From IMG/VR virus record IMGVR_UViG_3300020021_000003, positions 65,877 through 101,046 of that record: DNA of 35,170 bases; one strand, 5' to 3'. Shown piece by piece: positions 1 to 8,403 of the stretch. A model generated the notes under the pieces. It worked only from the letters and a program-made list of their open reading frames with translations, had not been told where the DNA came from and did not search any database. Numbering within the stretch: position 1 is the stretch's first letter; each line of letters begins with the position of its first letter. The position numbers and the translations under genes were made by a program. The DNA comes from a virus.

Positions 1-44
1 TTCACCTTGAAGCCAGAGCCGCTTTTGTCTACTGCGTAGGGCAT
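1..44 (-). CDS. N-terminus of small hypothetical protein (MPYAVDKSGSGFKV...), runs off window
   Basis: ATG overlaps upstream stop (TAATG) with GGAGG just upstream; translated by hand. Confidence 0.55.
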   Translation of the reverse strand, partial: MPYAVDKSGSGFKV

Positions 45-217
45 TACTTGCCTCCGCAAGTCGGCACAGCGGTTGCTACAGGGCTCTTGATTGCCGGTTG
101 AGAGTCCATGTCACCTTTGGCTGCACAGACTGTCAGAGCCACTCCAGAGGCCAGCACGACCGACAGAGCAGCAGTGCAACAGGTACGTCTGTCCCATGTT
201 CGTTGATGATTACTCAT
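44..217 (-). CDS. 57-aa hypothetical secreted/membrane peptide
   Basis: Below ORF-track cutoff; AGGAG RBS, MSNHQRTWDRRTCCTAALSVVLASGVALTVCAAK... hydrophobic segment. Confidence 0.55.
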   Translation of the reverse strand: MSNHQRTWDRRTCCTAALSVVLASGVALTVCAAKGDMDSQPAIKSPVATAVPTCGGK

Positions 218-230
218 GCAAATTCTCCTA

Positions 231-283
231 AAAACAGAAAAGCGGATATATTCCCATTATATTGCAATGGGAATATATCCGCT
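231..283 (-). terminator. Intrinsic terminator
   Basis: Perfect 18-bp inverted repeat 241-258/266-283 followed on minus strand by a T-rich tract (TTTCTGTTTT). Confidence 0.8.
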
Positions 284-302
284 GTGATTCTGCTATGAAG
301 TT

Positions 303-518
303 CTAGACGTAGGAGTTCTCCGAAACCTCTTCGAAGGTGATAGACACAGTGTCAGTCTTCACGTAGGTAACCCAACGGCTACCGTTACGGACAGCGATTT
401 CTCCCCACTGATCGGTTTCAGCAGAGGAATCCGCCGTATAAGTCCCGTTCTTGTCCCGCACGACGTCACCAATGCGAATGGAAAGAACAGGCTCATTGTC
501 ATACGTGGCCATAGCCAT
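303..518 (-). CDS. Hypothetical protein
   Basis: ORF with AAGGAA RBS, same strand and codon style as neighbours. Confidence 0.7.
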   Translation of the reverse strand: MAMATYDNEPVLSIRIGDVVRDKNGTYTADSSAETDQWGEIAVRNGSRWVTYVKTDTVSITFEEVSENSYV

Positions 519-606
519 TTTGGTTCCTTAAACGTAGTAATGATCAGCATTTACTGACCAATGCCAATCCCCTCTCTCACAGGGGAAGGACATTCGCTAG
601 TAAAGA

Positions 607-1134
607 CTAGTTCGTGAACACGTACAGCTCACTACCGTACTCATGCGTGTTGAAGTCGGATCGGACGTTGTCGAAAGTCTTCTGATAGTTGATCTCGATC
701 CAGTCGGGAAGATTCTCAGGCAGATAATCCACCTGCTCCAGCCAGTCAGCCATGAAAGCTTCCTCAGAGTCATAGACTCCCTGGTAACCCTCCATGTACG
801 GGCGACCGTGACGACCATGCTCGAACACCTCAGCATCGTGCCAGCCGAACAGCTCACCGTAAGCGATGATGATCCCGGCATTCTCAGGATCGGTTGCCAG
901 GGCATCGAAAACCGCAGTGACAACCGCCAGGCGCTTGACGTTGATGTACTCACCCGAATTGTAATCGGTGTGAATCTCAATCTCGTTGATCTTCCAGCCG
1001 GTAGCCTCAAGATGGGCCAGAATGCGTCCAACCTGGTCAGAACCGTGATCCTCATTGAACCGAGCAATCCGGTTCGGGTAGTCCCGGTGCCACAGGTCCA
1101 CGTAGAGCTCAGTGAACGTTTCGCCGCTAGCCAT
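607..1134 (-). CDS. ArdA-like antirestriction (DNA-mimic) protein
   Basis: Very acidic; C-terminal YQGVYDSEEAFMADWLEQ..LPENLPDWIEINYQKTF..DF...YVF pattern resembles ArdA domains; GGAGG RBS before ATG at 1134. Confidence 0.65.
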   Translation of the reverse strand: MASGETFTELYVDLWHRDYPNRIARFNEDHGSDQVGRILAHLEATGWKINEIEIHTDYNSGEYINVKRLAVVTAVFDALATDPENAGIIIAYGELFGWHDAEVFEHGRHGRPYMEGYQGVYDSEEAFMADWLEQVDYLPENLPDWIEINYQKTFDNVRSDFNTHEYGSELYVFTN

Positions 1135-1206
1135 TGTATAGCCTCCGTTTCGGTTCCCAGTGAACCACACGGTACAGGTACTCCACAACCTGTACCATGC
1201 TGATGA

Positions 1207-1491
1207 CTAGGCGTACGGATTCGACCAATGCCCGAACTTATGCAAGCTTACAGGGTGTTCCGTCAGTTGCAGGACCAGATCCATATGAAAGATCATGGCT
1301 TCAGTGTAGTCACCATGAGAAGTCACAGGGAAGCCCAGAGAATCGCCGTTGTGCGTAGTCGTGTCGTTGAAGACACAGGTTTCCAGTCCGTATCGTGCAC
1401 TCTCGCAGGTAGAAACTTCCCAGTCACCTACCCGAGTCAATCGGACGACGTAGGGCAAGGTGTTCGGAATCTCTCGTGGGCATTGGTACAT
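1207..1491 (-). CDS. Hypothetical protein (ETCVF motif)
   Basis: GGAGG RBS, first gene downstream of strong promoter. Confidence 0.7.
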   Translation of the reverse strand: MYQCPREIPNTLPYVVRLTRVGDWEVSTCESARYGLETCVFNDTTTHNGDSLGFPVTSHGDYTEAMIFHMDLVLQLTEHPVSLHKFGHWSNPYA

Positions 1492-1530
1492 GCTGTCCTC
1501 CGTTCGGCCCCTGTTGGGCTGATGAGTAGA

Positions 1531-1559
1531 ACACTAGACCCGATCACCCAACGTGTCAA
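1531..1559 (-). promoter_or_regulatory. Housekeeping-sigma (HrdB/sigma70-type) promoter, leftward
   Basis: TTGACA (1554-1559) - 17 nt - TAGTGT (1531-1536). Confidence 0.8.
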
Positions 1560-1615
1560 GCGCTAGCTTCCACTAGGTCAACTCCGCACGTCAGAGCCCG
1601 TATGAGAGCCTGAGA

Positions 1616-1644
1616 TTGACAAGGTGGACGTGGGATGCCAGTCT
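1616..1644 (+). promoter_or_regulatory. Possible rightward promoter
   Basis: TTGACA - 17 nt - CAGTCT upstream of plus-strand gene. Confidence 0.5.
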
Positions 1645-1690
1645 GTACCCATCGCGCCGCACAGAGGCGCACAGACAGTCTGGAGAGTAC

Positions 1691-1888
1691 GTGGCAGACA
1701 GTTTTGATGATGCAGTCAGCGTGTTTGCGATAGCTGCACGGGACAACGGAATGCATATTGATTCCTTCCGTATGTTCTTCGCACAAGGTGAGGCACGATT
1801 GCGTGTCCAAGATGCTCTAGTGCGTAGGGGTGTTATAGAGAGGATCAAGCGAAACGGAAACATGATCTTCTATCGTTGGGCAGAGTAG
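1691..1888 (+). CDS. Hypothetical protein, possible winged-helix-like C-terminus
   Basis: GGAG RBS before GTG at 1691; LVRRGVIERIKRNGNMIFYRW resembles a wHTH wing (weak). Confidence 0.6.
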   Translation: MADSFDDAVSVFAIAARDNGMHIDSFRMFFAQGEARLRVQDALVRRGVIERIKRNGNMIFYRWAE

Positions 1889-1917
1889 TTGACTTCGGTC
1901 CCCATCTGTATTAGGGT
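1889..1917 (+). promoter_or_regulatory. Housekeeping-sigma promoter, rightward
   Basis: TTGACT (1889-1894) - 17 nt - TAGGGT (1912-1917). Confidence 0.7.
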
Positions 1918-2020
1918 GGGGATCACACACGGAGCGCTTGCGCTCTAAGAGCCACTTGTCGGGCTATTCGGCAACCTACGGATTCAAACCAGTCCTGCCC
2001 AAAAATAATTAGGAGTCGGA

Positions 2021-2248
2021 ATGCTGAACTCTAATCTCCAGTTCATGGCGGTGTCTGCCGACATCATCACTGTTGCCCGGCAGATGCACACTTCGCATAC
2101 CGTCCACGGATTTCTTAAGGGATTCGCTGGTGCCGATATCAGGCAGCAGCAGGAACTGCTGAAGATGCTTTTTACCCTGAACCTGGTTGATGGGAATACC
2201 ATGGCGAATGCTAAGAATATCCATTGGACTATTCGCAAGTGGTTCTAA
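2021..2248 (+). CDS. Hypothetical protein
   Basis: AGGAG RBS, own promoter, stop at the bidirectional terminator. Confidence 0.7.
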   Translation: MLNSNLQFMAVSADIITVARQMHTSHTVHGFLKGFAGADIRQQQELLKMLFTLNLVDGNTMANAKNIHWTIRKWF

Positions 2249-2298
2249 ACAGAAATAGGGCTAGATTCCTTAACGGTTTCTAGCCCTATTTCTGTTTA
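2246..2298. terminator. Bidirectional terminator between convergent genes
   Basis: Perfect 20-bp inverted repeat 2246-2265/2279-2298 that includes both TAA stop codons; T-rich tails on both strands. Confidence 0.85.
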
Positions 2299-2559
2299 CT
2301 TTCCTTCTGATAATCCAATCAGGAACTGGTCCCAATTAACGTCTCGTATCTCTCCCCTAGCCACGAACATAGCTTCAAGGAACAGATGCAGAAAGTCTAA
2401 TTCGGAATTGCTGATAGTTATGTCAATAATTCCATCGTCAGTATCCAGACAGATACCGAGTGTCTCTGTATCAGCGGACAGCACCAAGCCTGAATCGAAT
2501 TCAGCGAGCAGTATGTCCCCAGTCAAAAGCTTCTGTACTAAGTTGTCGAATTCCTCCAT
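2296..2559 (-). CDS. Acidic hypothetical protein
   Basis: ATG overlapping upstream stop (TAATG). Confidence 0.65.
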   Translation of the reverse strand: MEEFDNLVQKLLTGDILLAEFDSGLVLSADTETLGICLDTDDGIIDITISNSELDFLHLFLEAMFVARGEIRDVNWDQFLIGLSEGK

Positions 2560-2741
2560 TAGTAAACCCCATCTCCAAAACATACTAGGCAATCAGCGTC
2601 TTCGTACTTGTCCATACCTGTGCCGAAGCAAGAATGGCACGATCTCGTATCAGTCTCATCGAATATCTCGTACCCGAAAAGTTCATCCTCATTGTCAGGG
2701 TCAAACTGTTCGAGGGATTCCCTGTCATTTATGTCTACCAC
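2559..2741 (-). CDS. Small DnaJ-type zinc-finger protein
   Basis: Two CxxCxGxG repeats: CHSCFGTG and CLVCFGDG. Confidence 0.7.
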   Translation of the reverse strand: MVDINDRESLEQFDPDNEDELFGYEIFDETDTRSCHSCFGTGMDKYEDADCLVCFGDGVY

Positions 2742-2744
2742 TAG

Positions 2745-4226
2745 TTAGTACTCTCCAAGAATTTCTGCATCCATTATTCCTAATTGTTCTACCGCGAGTT
2801 CTGGCGAGATTGCTGCTGGCAGCGCTGAGAAAGACTGATTGGTCATATCGCCGAATAAATTGCTGACCATCGACATCTGACCCTGCTGCTTTGCAGTCAC
2901 AGTAAGTGAAAAGCCTTCCTGCTCCATATCGTGCTTGGTCTTCATAAGCTTTCCCAAACGGTCGATTTCACTGGATAGGTTAGGATCTGCGTATCCTCCT
3001 TCAGTGTCTTCGGCCATTTTCATGAACAAAACACGCTGTGCCTGCATCTCTACAAGCGTATCCATAAGGGAAGTGACCTGTTCCTTCGTACGGATGACGA
3101 TAGGAATATCATAGGCACAAGTACTGTTCGGTTCAAACATAGGGCACTTGGCAGCAAGGAAACAGGTATCGCAGATACGCATGGACTCACTGCGCGTCTT
3201 CACCTTGGAGATCTCTACATCCTCATAGAGCCCGGTATCCTTGTTCTTTACTTTATTCGTCTCTGTATCGAAAGCCAGGAGAGGAATAGGACGCATCTGA
3301 GAAGGATCTCTGCGGGTAGGAGTTGGCAGTCTGTTCTGCACCCTTTCAAGGTCAGTACCAACTTGGTCAGTATCTAATTCCGTAAAGTCCTCATCGGGCA
3401 TTTCGGTAGTGATAGTTACTCCTGTACGGTTTAGTGATGCAATTAGTTTCTTCCAGGACCACAATGATACACGAAGCATCTCCTGTGAGTCGTCTGCATT
3501 GATCTTAGCCAAGTCGAAACCGGCAGAAGTAAAGGTAGAACGCTCCTTCTTACGCGACTGGTCCTTCATCGACTTGGGATATCTCTTCAACTGATTATGA
3601 GACCAGACGATAGTGTCCCCGAATCTAGCGGGAGAAGTCCACGAAGTAGAGGATACAGACTCCCATTTAACGGCCTTCATAAGATCAGGCTTGGTCATGG
3701 ACAGACCATGGAGTTTTACTCCGGACCTGGCCAGACGGTTAAGTACGGGAACGAGATCTCTTCCATTGAGAAGAGTCTGAGGAATTCCGACACGGCCGAA
3801 CCGCTCTGCAAGGGAGTTGAGATCGTCCAATCCGTCGTCCCCATGCCATATTGGGAGAAACTTGTCGAACGCGACATCTCGCAGGGTATCCCTTTGCTCC
3901 TCAAGAAATCCAGGACCCAGATGAATTGAGTCAAACTCTCCGTAGAGTTCGATACGAGAGATATTTTCGCCAACCCACCGATAATAATCAGCTGCAAGCG
4001 ATCTAAGTTCATCATCTGTATACTTATGCTCCTTTGCGTCATTTATTGTATGGCACCCCGAGTCAACGAATATATTAAAGGTGCTGTCGAATTTCTTATC
4101 CAGTTGCCAGAGGTTCTTCACTCTCTGGCGCATTCCCATAAAGTTCAGGCTTACATCCTCCACACCCATTTCCAGCATAAGCCGGGCATAAGTGGGAAGG
4201 TGTAAGCCTTGCTGATAGAGCTTCAC
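2745..4226 (-). CDS. tRNA-guanine transglycosylase/DpdA-like TIM-barrel protein with C-terminal Cys4 metal cluster
   Basis: Motifs FVDSG, GEFD, LPIWHG, KLHGLS, SVSSTSW in the order seen in phage TGT-like proteins; CDTC-x5-CP-x7-C downstream. Confidence 0.6.
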   Translation of the reverse strand: MKLYQQGLHLPTYARLMLEMGVEDVSLNFMGMRQRVKNLWQLDKKFDSTFNIFVDSGCHTINDAKEHKYTDDELRSLAADYYRWVGENISRIELYGEFDSIHLGPGFLEEQRDTLRDVAFDKFLPIWHGDDGLDDLNSLAERFGRVGIPQTLLNGRDLVPVLNRLARSGVKLHGLSMTKPDLMKAVKWESVSSTSWTSPARFGDTIVWSHNQLKRYPKSMKDQSRKKERSTFTSAGFDLAKINADDSQEMLRVSLWSWKKLIASLNRTGVTITTEMPDEDFTELDTDQVGTDLERVQNRLPTPTRRDPSQMRPIPLLAFDTETNKVKNKDTGLYEDVEISKVKTRSESMRICDTCFLAAKCPMFEPNSTCAYDIPIVIRTKEQVTSLMDTLVEMQAQRVLFMKMAEDTEGGYADPNLSSEIDRLGKLMKTKHDMEQEGFSLTVTAKQQGQMSMVSNLFGDMTNQSFSALPAAISPELAVEQLGIMDAEILGEY

Positions 4227-5051
4227 TTACTCTTCCTTGTTCCCTAGTGGCTGACTGGCAGCAGATTCCCATTCCTTTGCCGCCGCAGCGAGAGTTCTGT
4301 CTCTTCCGCCCGCTGCCTGACTCTTACGTCTTGCTTGGACAGCTCTGCTCTTAGTATTCGCCCAAGCCTCCAAATGGGAACCAGCAGACGCTATTCCGCC
4401 TGGCTTGGCAGTCCAAGAGCCGACAGAGATAGTCTGTGGAGCTGCTTCAGTGGACACCTTTGCTGTTGCATTGGGCAGAGCCTGAGTAGAGGAACCGGGA
4501 TGGACAGCTTGCGGGAATTGACCTGCTACAGGCTTAGCCACTGGCTTCTTTGCTCCTATTTTAGGTGGAGTATTGACCTTTGCTGCCGCTCTTGTTCTCT
4601 GGTTGCCCTCAGTAATAGCCTGACCGTGGGCATAGTTTCTCTGCTGCTGCATTGTCTTCTGCGCTTGACTGGCAACTTGAGCCTTCTGAGCTGTCGCCTG
4701 CTTCTGAGCTGGACTCGTCGGTACTGCGAAAGTACGTGGTGGAGCGCCCTGAGCAGGAGCCTGAGTGCCTTTGTTGACTCCGGCAGCATGAGCCTTCTGT
4801 GCGGTCATTGCAGCTGCCTGATGGGCCTTCTGCTGCTTCTGGTTGGCAGCCTGTGCTGTCTTCAGAGTAGAGTCTACGCCGTTCGCCCAAGTCTGTCTAG
4901 CATTGGTACGTGTTGCAGCAGTTTTCTTTGCCGCAAGGTTGTTACGGATTCCCTGCTTCACTGTCTTCGCATGGATATCCTTGAATACATTGTGCTTGAA
5001 CTGTTCCCCGACAGTGTTGATACTACCTAGATTAGGAATATTCGCGGGCAT
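4227..5051 (-). CDS. Basic Ala/Lys/Gln-rich low-complexity protein
   Basis: GGAGG RBS; AQKA-type repeats, probably largely disordered. Confidence 0.75.
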   Translation of the reverse strand: MPANIPNLGSINTVGEQFKHNVFKDIHAKTVKQGIRNNLAAKKTAATRTNARQTWANGVDSTLKTAQAANQKQQKAHQAAAMTAQKAHAAGVNKGTQAPAQGAPPRTFAVPTSPAQKQATAQKAQVASQAQKTMQQQRNYAHGQAITEGNQRTRAAAKVNTPPKIGAKKPVAKPVAGQFPQAVHPGSSTQALPNATAKVSTEAAPQTISVGSWTAKPGGIASAGSHLEAWANTKSRAVQARRKSQAAGGRDRTLAAAAKEWESAASQPLGNKEE

Positions 5052-5065
5052 ATAGTCCTCCAGGA

Positions 5066-5563
5066 CTAGAAATCATTGAATCTGGTATCTGTGGCTCTTG
5101 CTTCCAATTGTCTCTTCTTTTCTGCCAGAAGCTGATTCCAAGGAGTTATCGTGTCAGTGTGGCCGGGGCGGAAAGTAGGATTGGTGTACTGCGGGTGCAG
5201 GAACAGGAAGGAAGCAATTCCGTGCTCCAGTAATGCTGCGGCTACGCTGGTGTCAGACTCCAGTACGAGTGAGAGAGGACCGTCCTTACGTAATCTGCCG
5301 ATCTGTAGAAGTCGTCTCTCTGCGGCATCTTCAGGATCGAGTTCATCATAGTAGACTTCTCTTACATGTTCAGTCATACCGTTCATAAGAAGCCAATAGC
5401 TTATCTTCTCACGGTTATGGCTATCAAAGATAAGGCTTATTCTATGGTCCTTAACGAGTGACTTATAAAGTAACAGGCCAGGGATGATAACTCCTGAGTC
5501 ATTGGGCTGCCGTAATATACCTTCTACTACTATCGCTATATGGTTACCCCAGTTCTCACTCAT
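5066..5563 (-). CDS. Degenerate HAD-fold (phosphatase-like) protein
   Basis: IAIVVEGILR at motif I position (normally DxDGTL), VLESD at motif IV position, AAALLEHGI. Confidence 0.45.
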   Translation of the reverse strand: MSENWGNHIAIVVEGILRQPNDSGVIIPGLLLYKSLVKDHRISLIFDSHNREKISYWLLMNGMTEHVREVYYDELDPEDAAERRLLQIGRLRKDGPLSLVLESDTSVAAALLEHGIASFLFLHPQYTNPTFRPGHTDTITPWNQLLAEKKRQLEARATDTRFNDF

Positions 5564-5808
5564 TAGACTATTATCTCCGATAGTGACAGTCTTCCATCAG
5601 CTTCCATAATAGGTGTTACTTCATATTTCATACTATCGGCTCTATAGATCTGCCATTCAGAGAATATACGAACACCTAAGTCTGTGTTTACGACATAACG
5701 CTCTTTGTCTATAACATCTGAGACAGTACCCAGCAGGAACTCCAATACTGTTCCCTCGTTGTAGAACCATGTTCCTACTACTCGATCTCCTACTTCAAAT
5801 CTGTTCAT
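5563..5808 (-). CDS. Small SH3/KOW-like beta-barrel protein
   Basis: FEVGDRVV...GTV..V...YVV pattern. Confidence 0.5.
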   Translation of the reverse strand: MNRFEVGDRVVGTWFYNEGTVLEFLLGTVSDVIDKERYVVNTDLGVRIFSEWQIYRADSMKYEVTPIMEADGRLSLSEIIV

Positions 5809-6644
5809 TATTCCCCAGTTAGTATCTCATTGAGTGCGTTGACAATACCGTCTCGCTTAGCTCTCTGCCAGGCGTAGTTATAGTAATCGCCGTAACCTTC
5901 ACCAGTATTGGAGAAGGCTTCCTTACGTCCTAAGTGGATAGTATCGAACAGATTATTGGCCTGTTGTACGATCAACTTCTTATGCTGAGCCTTGTTAACG
6001 TTATTAGCTTCCTTATCCACAGCGTTATATCTATCGACAAGAGTCTTAGCTGCCATAAGATTAGCGTCAGCCGCATCTTCATACTCCTTAGGATAAAGAG
6101 TATTAGGCTGCTTAGCAGGCTTAACCGTCCATCCGTCAGTCGTTAGGTTATAAGCAGCATAAGGATGGATGTTGACAATACTATTGGACTCGTTCTCCAC
6201 ATACTGGTTCAGGAAGAACGTCAGCTCGTAGAACTGCTCAGTCCACCATCCGTGCTCTGTCTCATAGGCGAACATGTAGTCCGATGTCATAGGCCACAGA
6301 TTCTTTTTCATATCAGTGTCTATGTAGTCGGCTATCTCTCCTCGGCTACTCCACTGGTAGTCAGGATTGTCTGTAACGAACTGGTTGAAATCTAGTCCGA
6401 AGAGGACGTCGAGATCACCGTTTCCACGATCCGAATCCCATTGATAGCTAATTCCACTGCCTGCCAGCCAAACCATAGTCCAAGCCCCAGGATTATTGTA
6501 CTTACGGCCAAGATAATCCAAAAGAAGATGGTTGATAGTCTCGCGTACATTAGGTCTTAAGTGCTCGCCCTCGAATAGGTGTGGATCAAGTATCTGCGCG
6601 GGCTTACTGAAATAGCCGCTCTGTCCGTCTGTCAATGTAATCAT
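5808..6644 (-). CDS. Nucleotidyltransferase (DNA polymerase beta superfamily)
   Basis: hLAGS...GDLDV signature, third acidic residue in YELTFF, helical C-terminus with RK..F...GEG. Confidence 0.8.
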   Translation of the reverse strand: MITLTDGQSGYFSKPAQILDPHLFEGEHLRPNVRETINHLLLDYLGRKYNNPGAWTMVWLAGSGISYQWDSDRGNGDLDVLFGLDFNQFVTDNPDYQWSSRGEIADYIDTDMKKNLWPMTSDYMFAYETEHGWWTEQFYELTFFLNQYVENESNSIVNIHPYAAYNLTTDGWTVKPAKQPNTLYPKEYEDAADANLMAAKTLVDRYNAVDKEANNVNKAQHKKLIVQQANNLFDTIHLGRKEAFSNTGEGYGDYYNYAWQRAKRDGIVNALNEILTGE

Positions 6645-6670
6645 GAATACAGCTTATCCTATCTGATACG

Positions 6671-6705
6671 AAAAAGGAAGCCCTATAGATTCTATAGGGC
6701 TTCCT
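6671..6705 (-). terminator. Intrinsic terminator after lysins
   Basis: 14-bp inverted repeat 6675-6688/6692-6705 followed by T run on minus strand. Confidence 0.8.
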
Positions 6706-6718
6706 CTATTATCTCGTA

Positions 6719-7627
6719 CTACTTAACGACATTAAAACCATACTTCTTTCCCAGACGGACAAGGGAGTCATAACCAGGAATACCATTGGTATCCGTTCCC
6801 TTGTATCCGCACTTTGCCTGCCACTTACCGTATGCCTTCACAGTAAGGGAGCCGAATGAGCCATCAGCATAGTACTTCTTTGAAAGCAATCCGGCACGGT
6901 ACAGAGCAGACTCTACCAGCTTTACGCCTGATGCATATGTCTGGTGTCCCTGAGAAGACTTAGGATCTGTCTGGGCTGCCTTGATCAGGTTGGACAAGTC
7001 AACAGTAGGCTTGCTAGGAGTTGGCTTAGTAGGTGGCTTTACTGGAACAAAGCTCTGTGACCAGGCGTGCAGGTCACTTAGGCTCAGCTTGCAGTAGTCC
7101 AGATCCGCACCCTTTACACCATACTGGTGGAACAGCCAATTGGCCTTAATTCCAGGTGCTCCGGCAGGAAGTCCGCCTGTAGCAATCCACAGGAAGTCCT
7201 GGTAGTAGCTGTTCGTATCAATATCTACCCAGTAGGACTTGTTGCAGTACAGACCGACAGGGTTGTGAGGAAGCTTTGCCTTGAGATCCTTCAGGAATGT
7301 ATCCTTGTACGCACGCTTCTCAGCATCAGAAACACCCTTATTGTTTGCGTCATAGCCTTCCCAGTCCAGTACAACTGGCTCACCGGGCTTAGGAGCCACC
7401 TTTGCCAGGAAGTAATTGATCTCGGCGTCAGCGTTGTTGTGCATGTGAGGGTAGTGGTAGAAACCGGTGAGAATTCCAGCGGCTTCAGCAGTCTCTCTCT
7501 GTGATACCCAATTCGGATTCACGTAGGACAGTCCCTCGGTTACCTTGATGAAAGTAAAACTTACTCCGTGTGTAGTCGGCTTGGCACTGGTGTAACCTGA
7601 CCAGTCCTGCCCGTAGATTCCTGACAT
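6719..7627 (-). CDS. Endolysin, GH25 muramidase with C-terminal peptidoglycan-binding domain
   Basis: GQDWSGY, FIKVTEG, GFYHY, LDWE, WLFHQY, DLD motifs; PKPT linker; DGSFGSLT..AY.KWQ...GIPG binding repeat. Confidence 0.9.
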   Translation of the reverse strand: MSGIYGQDWSGYTSAKPTTHGVSFTFIKVTEGLSYVNPNWVSQRETAEAAGILTGFYHYPHMHNNADAEINYFLAKVAPKPGEPVVLDWEGYDANNKGVSDAEKRAYKDTFLKDLKAKLPHNPVGLYCNKSYWVDIDTNSYYQDFLWIATGGLPAGAPGIKANWLFHQYGVKGADLDYCKLSLSDLHAWSQSFVPVKPPTKPTPSKPTVDLSNLIKAAQTDPKSSQGHQTYASGVKLVESALYRAGLLSKKYYADGSFGSLTVKAYGKWQAKCGYKGTDTNGIPGYDSLVRLGKKYGFNVVK

Positions 7628-7636
7628 TAGTTCTCC

Positions 7637-8392
7637 TTATGCGTAAGCCTGAGTGAACAGGAGCTTCCAGCCGGTTGGTCCAATACTGGGATCATAGGTG
7701 ACACCAGTGGAATTCGTGTGGTTAGCGGTGTTGAATGCAGCCACAGAAGCCTGTGTATGAGCCCCATAGTTGTCTGCTAGGGCAATAGTCTTGTCCAGAT
7801 ATCCTGTGACCTGTAGAGCAGCCTGTAAAGGCTTTGCTGAAGGGTTTGACTTATTGGGTGCCAGTCCCGTTGGGAAAGCCGGGGGAACATAGACAGGAAC
7901 TAATCGATAGTCATGCGGATCAGCCGTAGTAGGACAGATTCCATCCGGGAAATCAGGAGCAAAGTATCCTGTAATAGAAGGATCGGTGCGCAGACGCGTG
8001 TGGGAATATACACCATTGCCCTCAGCAGAACCGTCATTGTTGGTATTGCCGCCCTTTGTCGTTACGTTAGTAGCATCGAAGGATACGACGATCTCTGTGT
8101 GGTCTCCATCATCGAAGTTTACCCAAGCGCTGACAGAAGGATAAGCACTCCACTGTCCCTTTGCCTGTGCCCACGTGGTGAAGTCCACTACATTGTCAGT
8201 CTTGGGAACGATAGCGTCCAAGCCCTGGTCATGGTACATGCACCAGTTGAAGATGACGCACCATGAAACGCCGTTCTCTCCGTACTCTTCCCCGAAGATT
8301 GTCATGTTGTCGTAATCCGCGCCCACAAGAGTCTCGTAGACTCCCTCTGGAATGCTCTCCAAATGGGTAATCAAGTCTTGCCACTGTGCCAT
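7637..8392 (-). CDS. Endolysin, CHAP-type amidase/peptidase with peptidoglycan-binding domain
   Basis: YGENGVSWCVIF, HTEIV, GGNT catalytic motifs; LQAAL...YGAHTQASVAAF...IGPTGW binding domain; start at ATG 8392. Confidence 0.8.
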   Translation of the reverse strand: MAQWQDLITHLESIPEGVYETLVGADYDNMTIFGEEYGENGVSWCVIFNWCMYHDQGLDAIVPKTDNVVDFTTWAQAKGQWSAYPSVSAWVNFDDGDHTEIVVSFDATNVTTKGGNTNNDGSAEGNGVYSHTRLRTDPSITGYFAPDFPDGICPTTADPHDYRLVPVYVPPAFPTGLAPNKSNPSAKPLQAALQVTGYLDKTIALADNYGAHTQASVAAFNTANHTNSTGVTYDPSIGPTGWKLLFTQAYA

Positions 8393-8403
8393 ATTGTATT
8401 CCT

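Noticed and set aside
241-283. TATAAT within terminator hairpins (also near 14121-14126) as promoters
   Set aside because: No -35 or extended -10 at proper spacing; may be chance in AT-rich loops.
2745-4226. Complete 7-deazaguanine DNA modification pathway
   Set aside because: No folE, queC, queD or queE in the window and the putative nucleophile is altered; cannot be claimed from this sequence.
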